A stretch of 64,000 nt of DNA from an uncultured Planctomycetota bacterium. GTDB lineage: Bacteria; Planctomycetota; Planctomycetia; Isosphaerales; Isosphaeraceae. Positions within the stretch are counted from its first letter, which is position 1. Every line of letters starts with the position of its first letter. The position numbers and the translations under genes were made by a program. The DNA is taken from contig CAWGMQ010000011.1 of assembly GCA_963823665.1 (NCBI GenBank), positions 800,001-864,000 on the forward strand. Reading direction: 5' to 3'. The notes beneath the pieces are model-generated. The model was not told where the DNA came from. It saw nothing but the letters and a program-made list of their open reading frames with translations, and did no database searches. This document shows, piece after piece, positions 53,673 to 64,000 of this stretch.

Positions 53673-56600
53673 TCAGCGCGGCCCATCAACCAACGGTTGA
53701 GCCGGAAGGCGGAGATCCATCATCAAGAGCTGGAAGGCAGGGCGCTCGCGTAGCGGGTCGAATACGCGGTCCGAGAGCGTGCGAAACAGGCGGCGCTTGT
53801 CGCGATCGGTGAGTGATGCTCCCGCATTGTGGATGAGGTCGAGAGCCGCGAGTGACTCTGCTGTTTTTCCGAGTCGCCCGAGAAACGCGGCGTGGCTGGC
53901 CAGTGTCTGGACCATCGTGCGGCGAACTTGCTGGTCCGCGGGTGATCGCTTGCGTGCCTTTTCTAGCAGTTCGAAGGCGTGATTGAAGAGCGACTGGGCC
54001 TCGGCTGTTTGGTCCTGCTGCACGAGCGCGGCAGCCAGGGCGGAGTCAATCGCCGCCGTGCTTGAGAGGTTCGATATCTGATCGGGATCGTCGCGAAGGG
54101 CTGACTCCGCGAGGGATGTGGCTTCGCGAAGTCGCGCCTCTGCGCCCGGCTTGCGACCCTGATCCAACTCGATCCGGACGCGGGCATCAATCGTGGTTGC
54201 GAGGTCGGCGCGGTATCGGGCCGATTCGGGGTAGGACGCGACAAGCCCGCGGAGGATCGTCTCTGCGCGATCGAGGCTCGCCAGGGCGTGTTCGGCTTCG
54301 CCGAGGTCCCAGGATATTTCCGCCTCGCGGAACAACTGGCCCGCGAGCCCCTGCGATGCGGGATGATACTTGGGGTTCTTCTGGAGAATGTCTTCGGCTT
54401 CGCTCGCAGCGCGTCGCGCCAGGTTCAAAGCCAGCGTGGTCGCGGAGTTCTCGACCTCCACGTCGGAGAGCAATCCAAGGCACGCGACCAGGTGCATCCG
54501 GAAAACCGCGTCGCCGGGGCGGACGTGCGTGAGACGCTCGAGGAAAGCTCGCCCTTGCTCGAGCTCGGCTCGCGCCGTGGTGAGATGCCCGCTTCGCAGC
54601 TCGAGCTGACCGAGTACCATGTGGTTGGCCCCGACGCGTTCGAGATAATCCACCGAGTTGGGGTGCGTCTTGATTTGCTCGTCCTGGATCGCCAGGGCCT
54701 TGCGAGTCCAGATGATCGACTCGTTCAGGGCACCGTCGTCGAGATGGGTGGCGCCCAGATTCCCGTAACAGGATCCGAGGTTGCTCAGGAACCGCTCCCG
54801 GCGCGGATCGTCGGCCGGCGTGGCCGCGACCAGCTTCTCGCGCAATGTGGTCGATTCGGTCAGGGTACGCAAGCGTTCTTGCCACTGGCCGGCTTCGCCG
54901 AAGAGGATGGAGACGTTGTTCAGCGACGAGGCGTGCTTATCCATCACTTCGAGATCAGACGGGTCTTCGACAAGGAGCGCCGTACCGATAGCGATCGACG
55001 CCAGGTAATCACGGCGCGACCCGGCAAGGTCGCCATGATCCCAGAGGAAGTCGGCACGAAGCTGGAGCGCCTCGGCCTGATGAGCTCGATAGCGGCGATC
55101 CTTGGGGTTTGCCTGGACCAGGTGCTCGTAGTCGGACAGCGATTGGTCGAAGCCTTTGCGGGCATCATCCGGCCGGCTGGCCTTGTCGTATCGATTGGCA
55201 AGAAAGCATCGCGCTCGAGCCAGCAGAAATCGATACTCAGGCGCGGTCGGAACCTCGCGGACCACCTTCTCTAGGTTATCGCGGGCCTGTTCGAAGTTGA
55301 CGATTGAATCTTCGACGACTCCGACCTCGTTGATGATCTCACCAAGGTCGAGCTGAGCTTGGCCGAGCCGCGCTCGAGCGGCCGGGTCGGTGACGCCGTT
55401 CTGCTCAATGTTCTGGGCGAGCCGGCGATAGAAACGGATCGGAGCCTGGAGCAAGCTCTTGCGGAGGTTCTCCATCCCTGGCTGGCGAAGCAGAAATTCT
55501 CGGGTCACCCCGGTGTTGTACTCGCGAATCGCATCGAGCGCGAGCTGCGACTGCTCCTGGGCGAGCTCACGGGCTTTCGATTCGCTTTGCCTGGCCAGCG
55601 TCTGGGCCTGGAGTGCATCGCGGGTTTGCGCTTGTTCGCGGCCGATCGCCAGCGCGGCTCCGGTGGCGACGGCGGCGATCACGACCAGCGAAGCGGCCGC
55701 CGCCCGCGTTGCCGAGCGATGCCGGCGCGACCAGCGAGCGACCCGGCGTCCCCAGCCGTCGGGCATGGCCGTCACCGGATCGTCGGCCATCCAGCGTTCG
55801 ATGTCATCGGCCAGGGTGCGCGGCGAGGCGTAGCGGTCGTCGGGATTGAGCGCCATGGCCTTCAGGCACACGGCCTCGAGCGTGCGATCGATCCTGGGAT
55901 CGAGGTTCTCGAGGCGACGGGAAGTTTCCGTCTTGCACGGCGCGGAGGACAGACTCCAGGACTTCACTCTGGAAGGGCGGCGCGCCGGTGAGCAGGCAGT
56001 AGAGAGTCGCGCCCAGGCTGTAGACATCGGACCGAGGTCCGAGCTGGTCGATCTCGCCGCGGGCCTGCTCGGGGCTCATGTAGGCGGGCGTGCCCATCGC
56101 TGAGCCGGGGAGCGTCTCGGCGCTGCCGCTTGCCGAGCTGGGCATCATGGCGCGTTCGCCAGCCGCGACGTGCCCCTTGCCGGTTGCCTTGGCCAGGCCC
56201 CAATCCACGACGAGCGTCTCGCCGTGCTTGCCGAGGATGATGTTGGCCGGCTTGATGTCTCGATGCAGCACGCCGCGCGAATGGGCGTAGTCGATTGCGT
56301 TGCAAACGTCCAGGAACCGGCGCAGCAGCTTGCGCAGCTCCAGGTCGCGCGATCCCCGGGAGTCCATCGGGCGCACTGTCGCACCGCGGTCGATTTCTCG
56401 AGTGGGCGGCTCGGTCGCCGCCGACGCGCCTGACTGAGCATGGAAAAGTCCGAGCGCCTCTTTGAGCGAATCGCCCCGAACGAATCGCATTGCGTAGTAG
56501 GGACGCCCGTTCTCGTAGACGCCCATCCCGTAGACCGGGACAATCCCGGGGTGTTCGAGGCCGCCGGTGACCTCGGCCTCGAGCAGAAACCGGGCTCGGC

Positions 56601-56886
56601 TGGTTCGATCGTCGGCGTGGCGATCAAGGATCTGCTTGAGCGCGACCTCGCGATTGAGCTCGGTATCGAGCGCGACGAACACGACGCCAAGGCCTCCCTG
56701 GGCGTGAGGATGCAGCACGCGGTACCGCCCGCCAGCCTCGATTGTGGTGCCCACAGAAAAGGCCAAACGGTCTTTTCCGTCGAGAGTTGATTCCAGGCCG
56801 GGCTCTGATCTGGCCGCCGTGAGGTCGGGATCACCCACCTGGGTCGGGATCTCGCGTTTGGAAGGTGCCGCGTCGGGGCCGGTCAT
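53673..56886 (-). CDS. Ser/Thr kinase with TM helix and TPR-like helical repeats; frameshift ~55908
   Basis: [34 protein letters not shown]; joins ORFs 55804-56886 and 53673-56027. Confidence 0.88.
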
Positions 56887-56908
56887 GAATGATTCTCCCG
56901 CTCACGCC

Positions 56909-59680
56909 TCAGGGGTGTTCTGGGAGCCGGGCGAGGTCCCAGACCTTGATCGTGTGATCTCGACTTCCTGATACCAGGCGGGTGCCGTCGGGGCTGAACG
57001 CCAGGGTCATCACGAAACCGGCGTGTCCTCGCATGGTGTGGCTCAGCTCCCAGGGGGAGGCTGTCGTGTCCCATAGCCTGATTGTCGTGTCTTCTCCTGC
57101 CGAGGCAAGCCACCGCCGGCGTGGGTCGAAGGCCACGTATGTTGCGGTCGTTGCTGGCTGATGCGAGCCGCTGTCCGTCCGGGCTGAAGACCACGCACGT
57201 GCACGTGTCGGTATGCCCACGGAGGTTCAGGAGTCTCTCGACCGGTCATCGGGTCCCAGATCTTGACGGTCTTATCTTCGCCGCCGATGGAAGCGAGGCG
57301 CCGCCCTTCGCGGCTGAAGGCCAGGCCCGCGACGAAGCCGGCGTGTCCTTTCAGGGTTCTGACTGGATCGCCGGTGGCTGCATCCCAGATTTTCACGGTG
57401 CGGTCGTAACTGGCCGTGGCGAGCGACCGGCCGTCGGGGTGGAATGCGACGGCACTGATCCGATCCTGGCCGTGGGCGGGGACGGTGCGGAGGAGCTGGC
57501 CCGAGCGAGCATCCCAGATCCTGAGGACGCCCGCCCAGCTTCCCGTCGCCACGAGCCGGCCGTCGGGGCTGAACGCCACGCATTCAGCCGCTTTCTCGTG
57601 GCCAGGGAGCCGGCAAACCTCGGTGCCGTCGGCCACGTTCCATATGATCGCGAGGCCGACTTCGCTGCCGGCCGTGTCGCTGCCGGCTATGAGCTGCCGG
57701 CCATCGGGGCTGAACGCGACGCTGTATGCAAGTCCCGCGGACTCGCCCATCTGCCCGCCGCGAATGAACACATCGTGGCCGGTCGCCAGGTCGCAAAGCC
57801 GGATCGTTCGGTCCTCGCTTGCGACGGCGAGATGACGGCCGTCGGGGCTGAATGCCACGGCGAACACCGGGGCCTTGCGTCCGGGGAGCGTCTGGACCAG
57901 CATTCCAGTCGTGGAGTCCAGGAGCTTCACTGTGCCGTCTTCGCATGCAGCGGCGATCTGCTCGCCGTCGGGGCGGAACGCGATGCCGTGGACCTCGGCC
58001 GTCGTTCTGAAGACGGGTGGTTCGACGCGGCAGAGGCGCGCGAGGTAGTCCCATTCCCAGTCGCGCAGATCGACCGGGCAATCGCCGAGGAGCTCCAGGG
58101 CCCGGCGCAGGTTGTCGACAGACATTTCGCGAGCGGCCAGGTTGATGCGGTGAATGTAGTCCTCCCGGCGCAGGGTTTCGGCCGCGAGGGCGGCACGGGC
58201 CCGCTGCCGCTCGGTAGCGGCTTGCTCGCGACCGATCAAGGCGGTGCTTATGGCCAGCGCCACGACCGCCGTGACGAGCAAGGCGCCGATGCCCGCCGCG
58301 AGCGTCCGGTGTCTTCGGGCCCACCGGGAGAGGCGTGTTGCGAGCGGCTCGCGAATCACCGCGACGGGCTCGTCGGCCAGCCAGCGCTCGAGGTCGTCGG
58401 CAAGTGCGCGGGGCGAGGCATACCGCTCCTCGGGCTTCAAAGCCATCGCCTTCAAGGCAATTGCTTCGAGCGGTTGGGGTGTGCCAGGTTTTATCGCCCG
58501 CGGCGGCGGAAAATCACCGCGTTGCACCCGGCGGAGCGCGGTGCCGACATCCGTCTCCTCGATCGGCGGTTTTCCGGTCAACAGGCAGTAGAGCGTGGCT
58601 CCCAGGCTGTAGACGTCGCTCAGCGGACCAACTTGCTCCAGACGACCCTCGGACTGCTCGGGGCTCATGTAGGCGGGGGTACCGAGGGCAGTGCCGGGCA
58701 AGGTCTCGCTCGAGCTCGACATCGACTTTGATCTCGGCTGCAACGTCGGCTCGGCTGCGCCCGAGCCGGAGATTTCTTCGCCGCGGCCAACGACCTTGGC
58801 CAGGCCCCAGTCGACAACGAGCGTCTCGCCGTACGGCCCGAGCAGGATGTTGGCTGGCTTGATATCGCGGTGGATCACGCCGCGGCTGTGCGCGTAGTCC
58901 ATCACGTTGCACACGACGAGGAACCTGTTCAGGAGCTGCCGCAACTCCAGGTTCCAGCGTCTCGGGTCGGTGATGGTTGTACCCGCGCCCGCGTGGAAGC
59001 GATCGATGGCCTCTTTCAGGGTATCACCCTTGACCAACCGCATCGCATAAAAAGGGCGGCCTCGGCGCGTCGCAGCCCAGCCCGTAGACCGGGACGACGC
59101 CGGGATGCTCGAGCCGCCCGGTGATCTCGGCTTCGAGCAAGAAGCGGGTGCGACTGACCGGGTCGTCGGCGCGTTCCGGCTGGATTTCCTTGAGCGCGAC
59201 CTCGCGAATGAGCTCGGAGTCGAGCGCCACGGAGACCTGACCCAGGCCGCCCTTGGCATGCGGACGGAGGATGGCGAAGCGTGAGTGTGCCGTGCCGGCA
59301 GTGGCGGCCCGGTCAAAATCCATCGTGGGCTCGGCTTCCGGTGCCTGGGGGTCACGGACGGGGAGGAGGCGATCCACAGTGGCGAGTATCTCGGGATCGG
59401 CGATCTCTTGCAGACCGGATCGGACCGGCACGACTCCACCGGCGGCGGCCAGGCTTTGCTCCAGGCTGCCGTCATGAGCCGCAAGGTGTTCGTCGACAAG
59501 TTGCTCGAGGAGGGATTGCCGTGCGGGCGAGAGGGCGTGGTGTTCGACGAGGATCTGGGCGAGCGATCTGGATCGGTCGAGGACCCAGGCGTGCATCGCC
59601 GCGATCAGGGCGTCGCGCGAGACGAAATGCATCTGCACCGCCAGGGTGCCGAAGAGCAGATTGCGGTCGGCGGGAGTCAT
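56909..59680 (-). CDS. Ser/Thr kinase with WD40 repeats; frameshifts ~59065 and ~57233, apparent internal deletion ~57138
   Basis: N-terminal DRNLLFG.LA.Q module, [22 protein letters not shown]40 units. Confidence 0.86.
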
Positions 59681-59764
59681 GGGGGCCGTCCTCGTCTGAG
59701 CAACCCGCTTAGACTCTCATATCTTGTGCGAGGCGTCGGTCAAGATTCGCGGCCGCAAATGCCC

Positions 59765-61112
59765 TCACTTCCGCCGTTCAGGCTGGCGGTTGGCGCCGGG
59801 CGGCTCCGCCGCGGTGGACCCCGGCTGCGACTCTTCACCCGTCCCGCGCGTTGTCGAGGGCTGACTCGCAATCGGTCGAACCGGTGCCGGCGTGTACGGG
59901 TAGAACGGCGTGCGGTCGAACAAGTTCCGCGGTTTCAGATCAAACCCGCTCCACATCACGATCGCCGAGCCCTCCCAGGCGTCGTCAAACGACCAGAGAC
60001 GGGGAGCGGAGTTCGGTTTACCATCCTCGTGGCGTGGCTCGTGGTGCACGGCCGAGTTGCACCAGAGCACTATATCCGTTTGCTCGACCACCTCTTCATC
60101 CTTGACGATGTTGGGCAAGTTGGCGAAGAGGAACTCGGTGGGCTTTTCCGGGTGCGATTTGCTCACCCAGAGATCGTGATGCGTGAACTCTTCCTGGTGC
60201 CGCGGCGAGCCCTGGCGGACCGGCATCAGGTCGTAGGCGATGTTTTCGCCGCGGGCGTTTCGCTTCTCGGATTCGACCCGGATCATCGTGAACTCGCTGG
60301 GCACCCAGTCGACGCCCCCCTCGAGCCCGCCGTTGAACGGCTCCTTCTGGTCGACGGAATTCAAGGCGGACCGAGTCTTCGACGTGACGCATCAACATTG
60401 CCGAATTCTTGTTGCCGTCGACCAGATCGATGTCGATGCGCCAGTGGGCGCTGTGCACGTGCGCTTCGGTGCGGCGGCCGGGCAGGTTCTGGCCAGTGGC
60501 ACCCACGCGAAACGCGATCGTGCCGTCGTCGTGAAACGAATAGGACAGGATATACATGTAGTTGCCGGCTTCGAGCGCAGCCCAGAGCACCAGCTCCTTG
60601 CCGCGGCGCACGCCGTGAGCGTGGTCCTTCCAGGCGATGCCACGGTCGCGCATCTCCTTCACCACTGTGGCAAACGAGTCGCCCTGGAAGGGCGGCATCA
60701 GGGTGCCGAATGGTCCGGCGTCTTCGGCCTTCACCTCGGCCAGCGGGAACGAGAAGCTCGTCAGGTCGTAAAAGCGGGGTCTGCCCAGCACGTGATAGGG
60801 CACAAACAGCTCGGCCACACGTGCGTCCTTGATGATCTTGATCCACTCTTCGGCCAGGTCGCGCTTGAACCATGCCCCGGTGATGTAGAGCCCCTTGTGC
60901 AGGCCGCGCGTGTACTGGACCTTCCAGGCCGTTCCTTTGCGCGGGTCTTGCCCGCCGGACTCGCTGACGAGGAACTCGGCGGTTACCTCCTGCGCGGGGG
61001 GGTCGGGCAAGGTCTGCTCGAAGAAACGCTGTCCGAAGGCAGGCGACGCGGCGCAAGCGACCAGGAACAGGGCGAGCGTCCGGCGCGAATCGGCGGCAAA
61101 TGCATGCGGCAC
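59765..61112 (-). CDS. Secreted copper amine oxidase-like catalytic domain; frameshift ~60368
   Basis: AELFVPY..RFYD (base Asp position), GNYMY..Y.FHDDGTI (TPQ Tyr), HVH..WRIDIDL.DG..NS, DIVLW....HHEPR.ED, GFDLKPRNLFD. Confidence 0.8.
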
Positions 61113-61127
61113 CCTCGTTGGATTTAT

Positions 61128-61939
61128 TTATTCGGCAGGCCGGCGCGTCTTGGTCTTCTGCACGGGCTCGTCTTCGACTTCCGGACGCGGTACTTCGACC
61201 TTGCGGGTCGTCAAGTTGACTTCGGGACGCGGATAGCTCAGGTCGCGCTTGCCAACGCGATAGATCAGGTGCACAACGCGGTTGACCCTCGGGTCATCCG
61301 GATTGGCGAACTGGCTGAACTGCGGATAGGCAGAGAGCTGCTTGCCAAACCGCTCATGGAGCTGTTTCACCTCGTCGCTCTGCTCGCGGCAAGCTGCTGT
61401 GCTTCGGTGAATTCGTCGTTTGAAAGCGGCGTGCGCACGTGCTGGAGGGCCTCAACCGCGACCACTTTGCCTTTGCCGAGATCGACCGTGGAAAAGACGG
61501 TGATGTCGTCGAAGTAGCGGTACCAGGTTACGACCGCCAGCGGACCGGGCGGCTTTTCGCCGGGTTTTGTCTTTTCCTCGTCCTTTGCCGTTTCATCTTC
61601 CTTCTTCTCGGGCTCGGGCCGGGCCTTGCCCTGGTCGTCGCCGGGGTTCTCTTCGCTCGCTCGTTTCTTCTCGTCGCCAGGGGTCGCGAGCAGCTCGACA
61701 CTGACGATGTACTCGCGGCGGTCGGCGGTCGGCTCGGTTGCGCCCTCGGTCTTCTTGCGCAGCTCGGTCATCGCCGTTTTGGCGAGGCTCAAGGCCTCTT
61801 TTGTCTGCTGCGCGGTGAGCCCGGGGCGGGGGCGAGTGGGGCCTTGCTCCTTTTGGGGGGCAGAGGCCAGCGCGGCACCGACGAGCCCAGCGGCCACCGC
61901 GAATGCGGTTAACAGTCGTACGCTCTCCATGTTGGGCAA
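61128..61939 (-). CDS. Secreted partner protein resembling amine oxidase N2/N3 domains; frameshift ~61388
   Basis: Signal peptide; AVVTWYRY.DD.TV.STVDL.KGKVV...PLSNDEF.EA; ends 16 bp before the oxidase gene. Confidence 0.65.
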
Positions 61940-61947
61940 CCTCTATC

Positions 61948-62060
61948 GTAGGTCAGGCTTTGGCCTGACGTCTGGGTCAAACGTGTGACGCGTTTACTTC
62001 CGCGGTTACACGTCAGGCTGAAGCCTGACCTACTCAATTGTCAGGCCCTAGCCTGACGTA
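61948..62060. repeat. GTAG-family REP doublet plus a third arm
   Basis: GTAGGTCAGGCTTTGGCCTGACG ... CGTCAGGCTGAAGCCTGACCTAC ... GTCAGGCCCTAGCCTGAC. Confidence 0.82.
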
Positions 62061-62067
62061 AGTGTTT

Positions 62068-64000
62068 TCATGGCTCGCGGGCGTCGAGGTTGGCCTCGAG
62101 GACCTTGGCGATCCGATGGCGGCTCTCTTCCAGATGCGCGCGGGTGGTGTCGTCGATGGTCGAATTGCCGCTCTCGAGCACGCGCGACATGCGGCCGGCG
62201 ATTTCCTTGAGGTGAAGCCGCGCGAGCGCTCTGGCGTCGGCCGGCGGTCCCGCGTTTCCTCCTCGCACGAAGACGACGTAGCCGTAGAGATCGCCGGAAG
62301 AGCCGGCGTTGCTTCCCAGGACCATGTTGCTCAGCCGGCGCAGGTATTCCCGCTCGAGATTTCGCCGGATGGTCGAGAGCGCGACCTTACCCGACTTGTC
62401 TGTCGCCGGTTTGGACAGGCGATCGAGATCGGAAAAGATGCCGTCGGTGAGCGAACGGAAGACTTCCTCCATCCGTAGCGGACTCGAGCCGGGATCGGAC
62501 TGAAGCTGCTGATTCTCGAGCCTCGCGAGCGTGGCCGGGCTCAAGCAGTGGCCCAGCACGATCTTCTGGATGGCGAGAATTCGCTCGAGCACGGAGATAT
62601 CCACCCCCGAGCCAAAAAAGCCTTGGGAGCCCCAGTGCATCCACCGCTCGGTTCCGAGCCGGCGGAGCAAAGCCGGAGAGAACTGGAAGGCCGAATCGGC
62701 GAGGATCGAGTCACTCAGGAACTTCAAGCAGTCGCGCTGCTCGGCGCCTGCGACAGGAACGATCGGGTCGCGGGCGTCTTTGTCGGCCTTGTGATCACGA
62801 GAGACCGATTGACCTCCGATATACTGCGATGCCAGGACGGCACCGTCGCCCCACTGCTCCAGTAGAATCGCGAACGCGCGGCGAGTTCTCGCCCACGATT
62901 CGCCGTCGGCGACCACGCGGGCATCCAGGTCCTTGAGCAATCCGGAGGCCAGCGCGATGCGCTCCTTGCCGAATTCGCAGGGGTCAGATCCCAGGTCCCA
63001 GCGGTTGACGTAAGGGTCGTCGTTCAAGAACGAGTCTTCGTCGGTCGCGTAAATGAGGTCGTGCTCGGGCGCGCGGGCGGCGATCTTCTTGAGCTCGGCA
63101 GCCTCGTCGCCCATGATCGGTTTGTAGGCATATTCGATCGCCCAGTAGTCGTATGGACCGATCGTCGTCGAATAGAAGTCGCCCTGCTTCTTGCCTTTGG
63201 GGGCGATATTGATCGGGCTGTAATCCATCACGCTGCCCACCAGGCCCTTCACCCTGGTGATCGACGTGTCGTTCAACTGGTCGGCGGTCAGCATGGTGCT
63301 GGCCTTGAAGTTGTGCCGGAGCCCGAGCGAATGGCCAACTTCGTGCATCGTGATGTGCTTGATGGCCTGTCCGATGAATTCTTCGGGGAGCTCGTTCTTG
63401 GGTTCGGGCTTCTTGGGGCCTGCCTTGTCGGGGCCGGGTTTCTCCGGGCCGGGTTTGTCGGGTCCCTTGCCGTCGGTCATCGCGATCGCGGCCAGACCGA
63501 AGTCGCGCTGAAAACCGCCATTGAACTGGCAGAACCCACGGGTTCCCCGGGCGAAGTTCTTGGTCACGTCCCAGACGACCGAGTCCTGCTCAGCCGGCCG
63601 GAGCTCGGGCACCATCCGGGCTGGGTTCTGGCCGAGCGCATCGATACCGAGAAGCGTGTTCGACTGCGGCAAGCCGTAACCGAGTTTCGAGGCCAGGATC
63701 GGGCTGATGACCTCGCCGATCGCCAGAGGCTCCGTCTGAAGCAGTCCGTTCGGGGCGGTGGTGTGGCCCACGAGCAGTGCGTACGCCTGCTTCCAGTAGC
63801 GGATGAAGCCGGCGTCGAAGACGACGTCGCCGTCGATCATCTCGCCGGTCAAGGGGTTCGCCCGCAAGCACGACATCGCCCCGCCGGAGTCATTGGTGAC
63901 CCAGCGAAACGTGCAGTAGTGCGTGTCTTCAGGGTCGAAGTCGTCGCGGCCTGCCTCTTCCCAGCGCACGGCGATGGCATCCTTGAAGCCGATTTTCTCG
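62068..64000 (-). CDS. Zinc-dependent metalloprotease (EcxA/DUF4953-type metzincin); 5' end lies outside the window
   Basis: HEVGHSLGLRHNFKAS, SVMDY Met-turn, IGPYDYWAIEYAY; frame is open to the window edge (EKIGFKDAIAV). Confidence 0.88.
   Translation of the reverse strand, partial: EKIGFKDAIAVRWEEAGRDDFDPEDTHYCTFRWVTNDSGGAMSCLRANPLTGEMIDGDVVFDAGFIRYWKQAYALLVGHTTAPNGLLQTEPLAIGEVISPILASKLGYGLPQSNTLLGIDALGQNPARMVPELRPAEQDSVVWDVTKNFARGTRGFCQFNGGFQRDFGLAAIAMTDGKGPDKPGPEKPGPDKAGPKKPEPKNELPEEFIGQAIKHITMHEVGHSLGLRHNFKASTMLTADQLNDTSITRVKGLVGSVMDYSPINIAPKGKKQGDFYSTTIGPYDYWAIEYAYKPIMGDEAAELKKIAARAPEHDLIYATDEDSFLNDDPYVNRWDLGSDPCEFGKERIALASGLLKDLDARVVADGESWARTRRAFAILLEQWGDGAVLASQYIGGQSVSRDHKADKDARDPIVPVAGAEQRDCLKFLSDSILADSAFQFSPALLRRLGTERWMHWGSQGFFGSGVDISVLERILAIQKIVLGHCLSPATLARLENQQLQSDPGSSPLRMEEVFRSLTDGIFSDLDRLSKPATDKSGKVALSTIRRNLEREYLRRLSNMVLGSNAGSSGDLYGYVVFVRGGNAGPPADARALARLHLKEIAGRMSRVLESGNSTIDDTTRAHLEESRHRIAKVLEANLDAREP

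Noticed and set aside
6251..61939. Genome-wide pseudogenisation or programmed frameshifting as the cause of the frame breaks
   Set aside because: Breaks are mostly single, catalytic motifs are intact and there are no slippery heptamers; sequencing error is more likely, though not proven.
63400..63475. GPDKP-like pentapeptide repeats in the metalloprotease
   Set aside because: Ordinary low-complexity linker.

Overview
GC-rich bacterial DNA, most likely from a planctomycete of the Isosphaeraceae type. The basis is eight Hanks-type Ser/Thr kinase loci with TPR or WD40 arrays, a planctomycete-type ECF sigma factor, BlaI/M56, a PEP-CTERM protein, and DUF1559 and TIGR03067-like motifs. The window opens with a pstSCAB operon and a PhoR-like kinase. 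It continues through hydrolases, an acyl-CoA dehydrogenase, an atypical ammonium transporter, toxin-antitoxin modules and remnants, lgt, a two-gene copper amine oxidase-like locus and a partial zinc metalloprotease. About 20 single frameshifts interrupt otherwise intact genes, which looks like long-read consensus error; many sit at GCGC. The most notable signals are: (1) a recurring pattern of truncated 5'-end copies of genes (a 609-aa protein, a kinase twice, lgt) in spacers that also hold REP palindromes, orphan antitoxins and a probable Y1-transposase remnant; (2) a kinase with a recently expanded TPR array that varies mainly on helix A; (3) an Amt lacking both Phe-gate residues; (4) a split copper amine oxidase; (5) a HEPN-like/TM/periplasmic fusion. 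No rRNA, tRNA or CRISPR array was seen. All family calls come from motif recognition by eye, not database searches.
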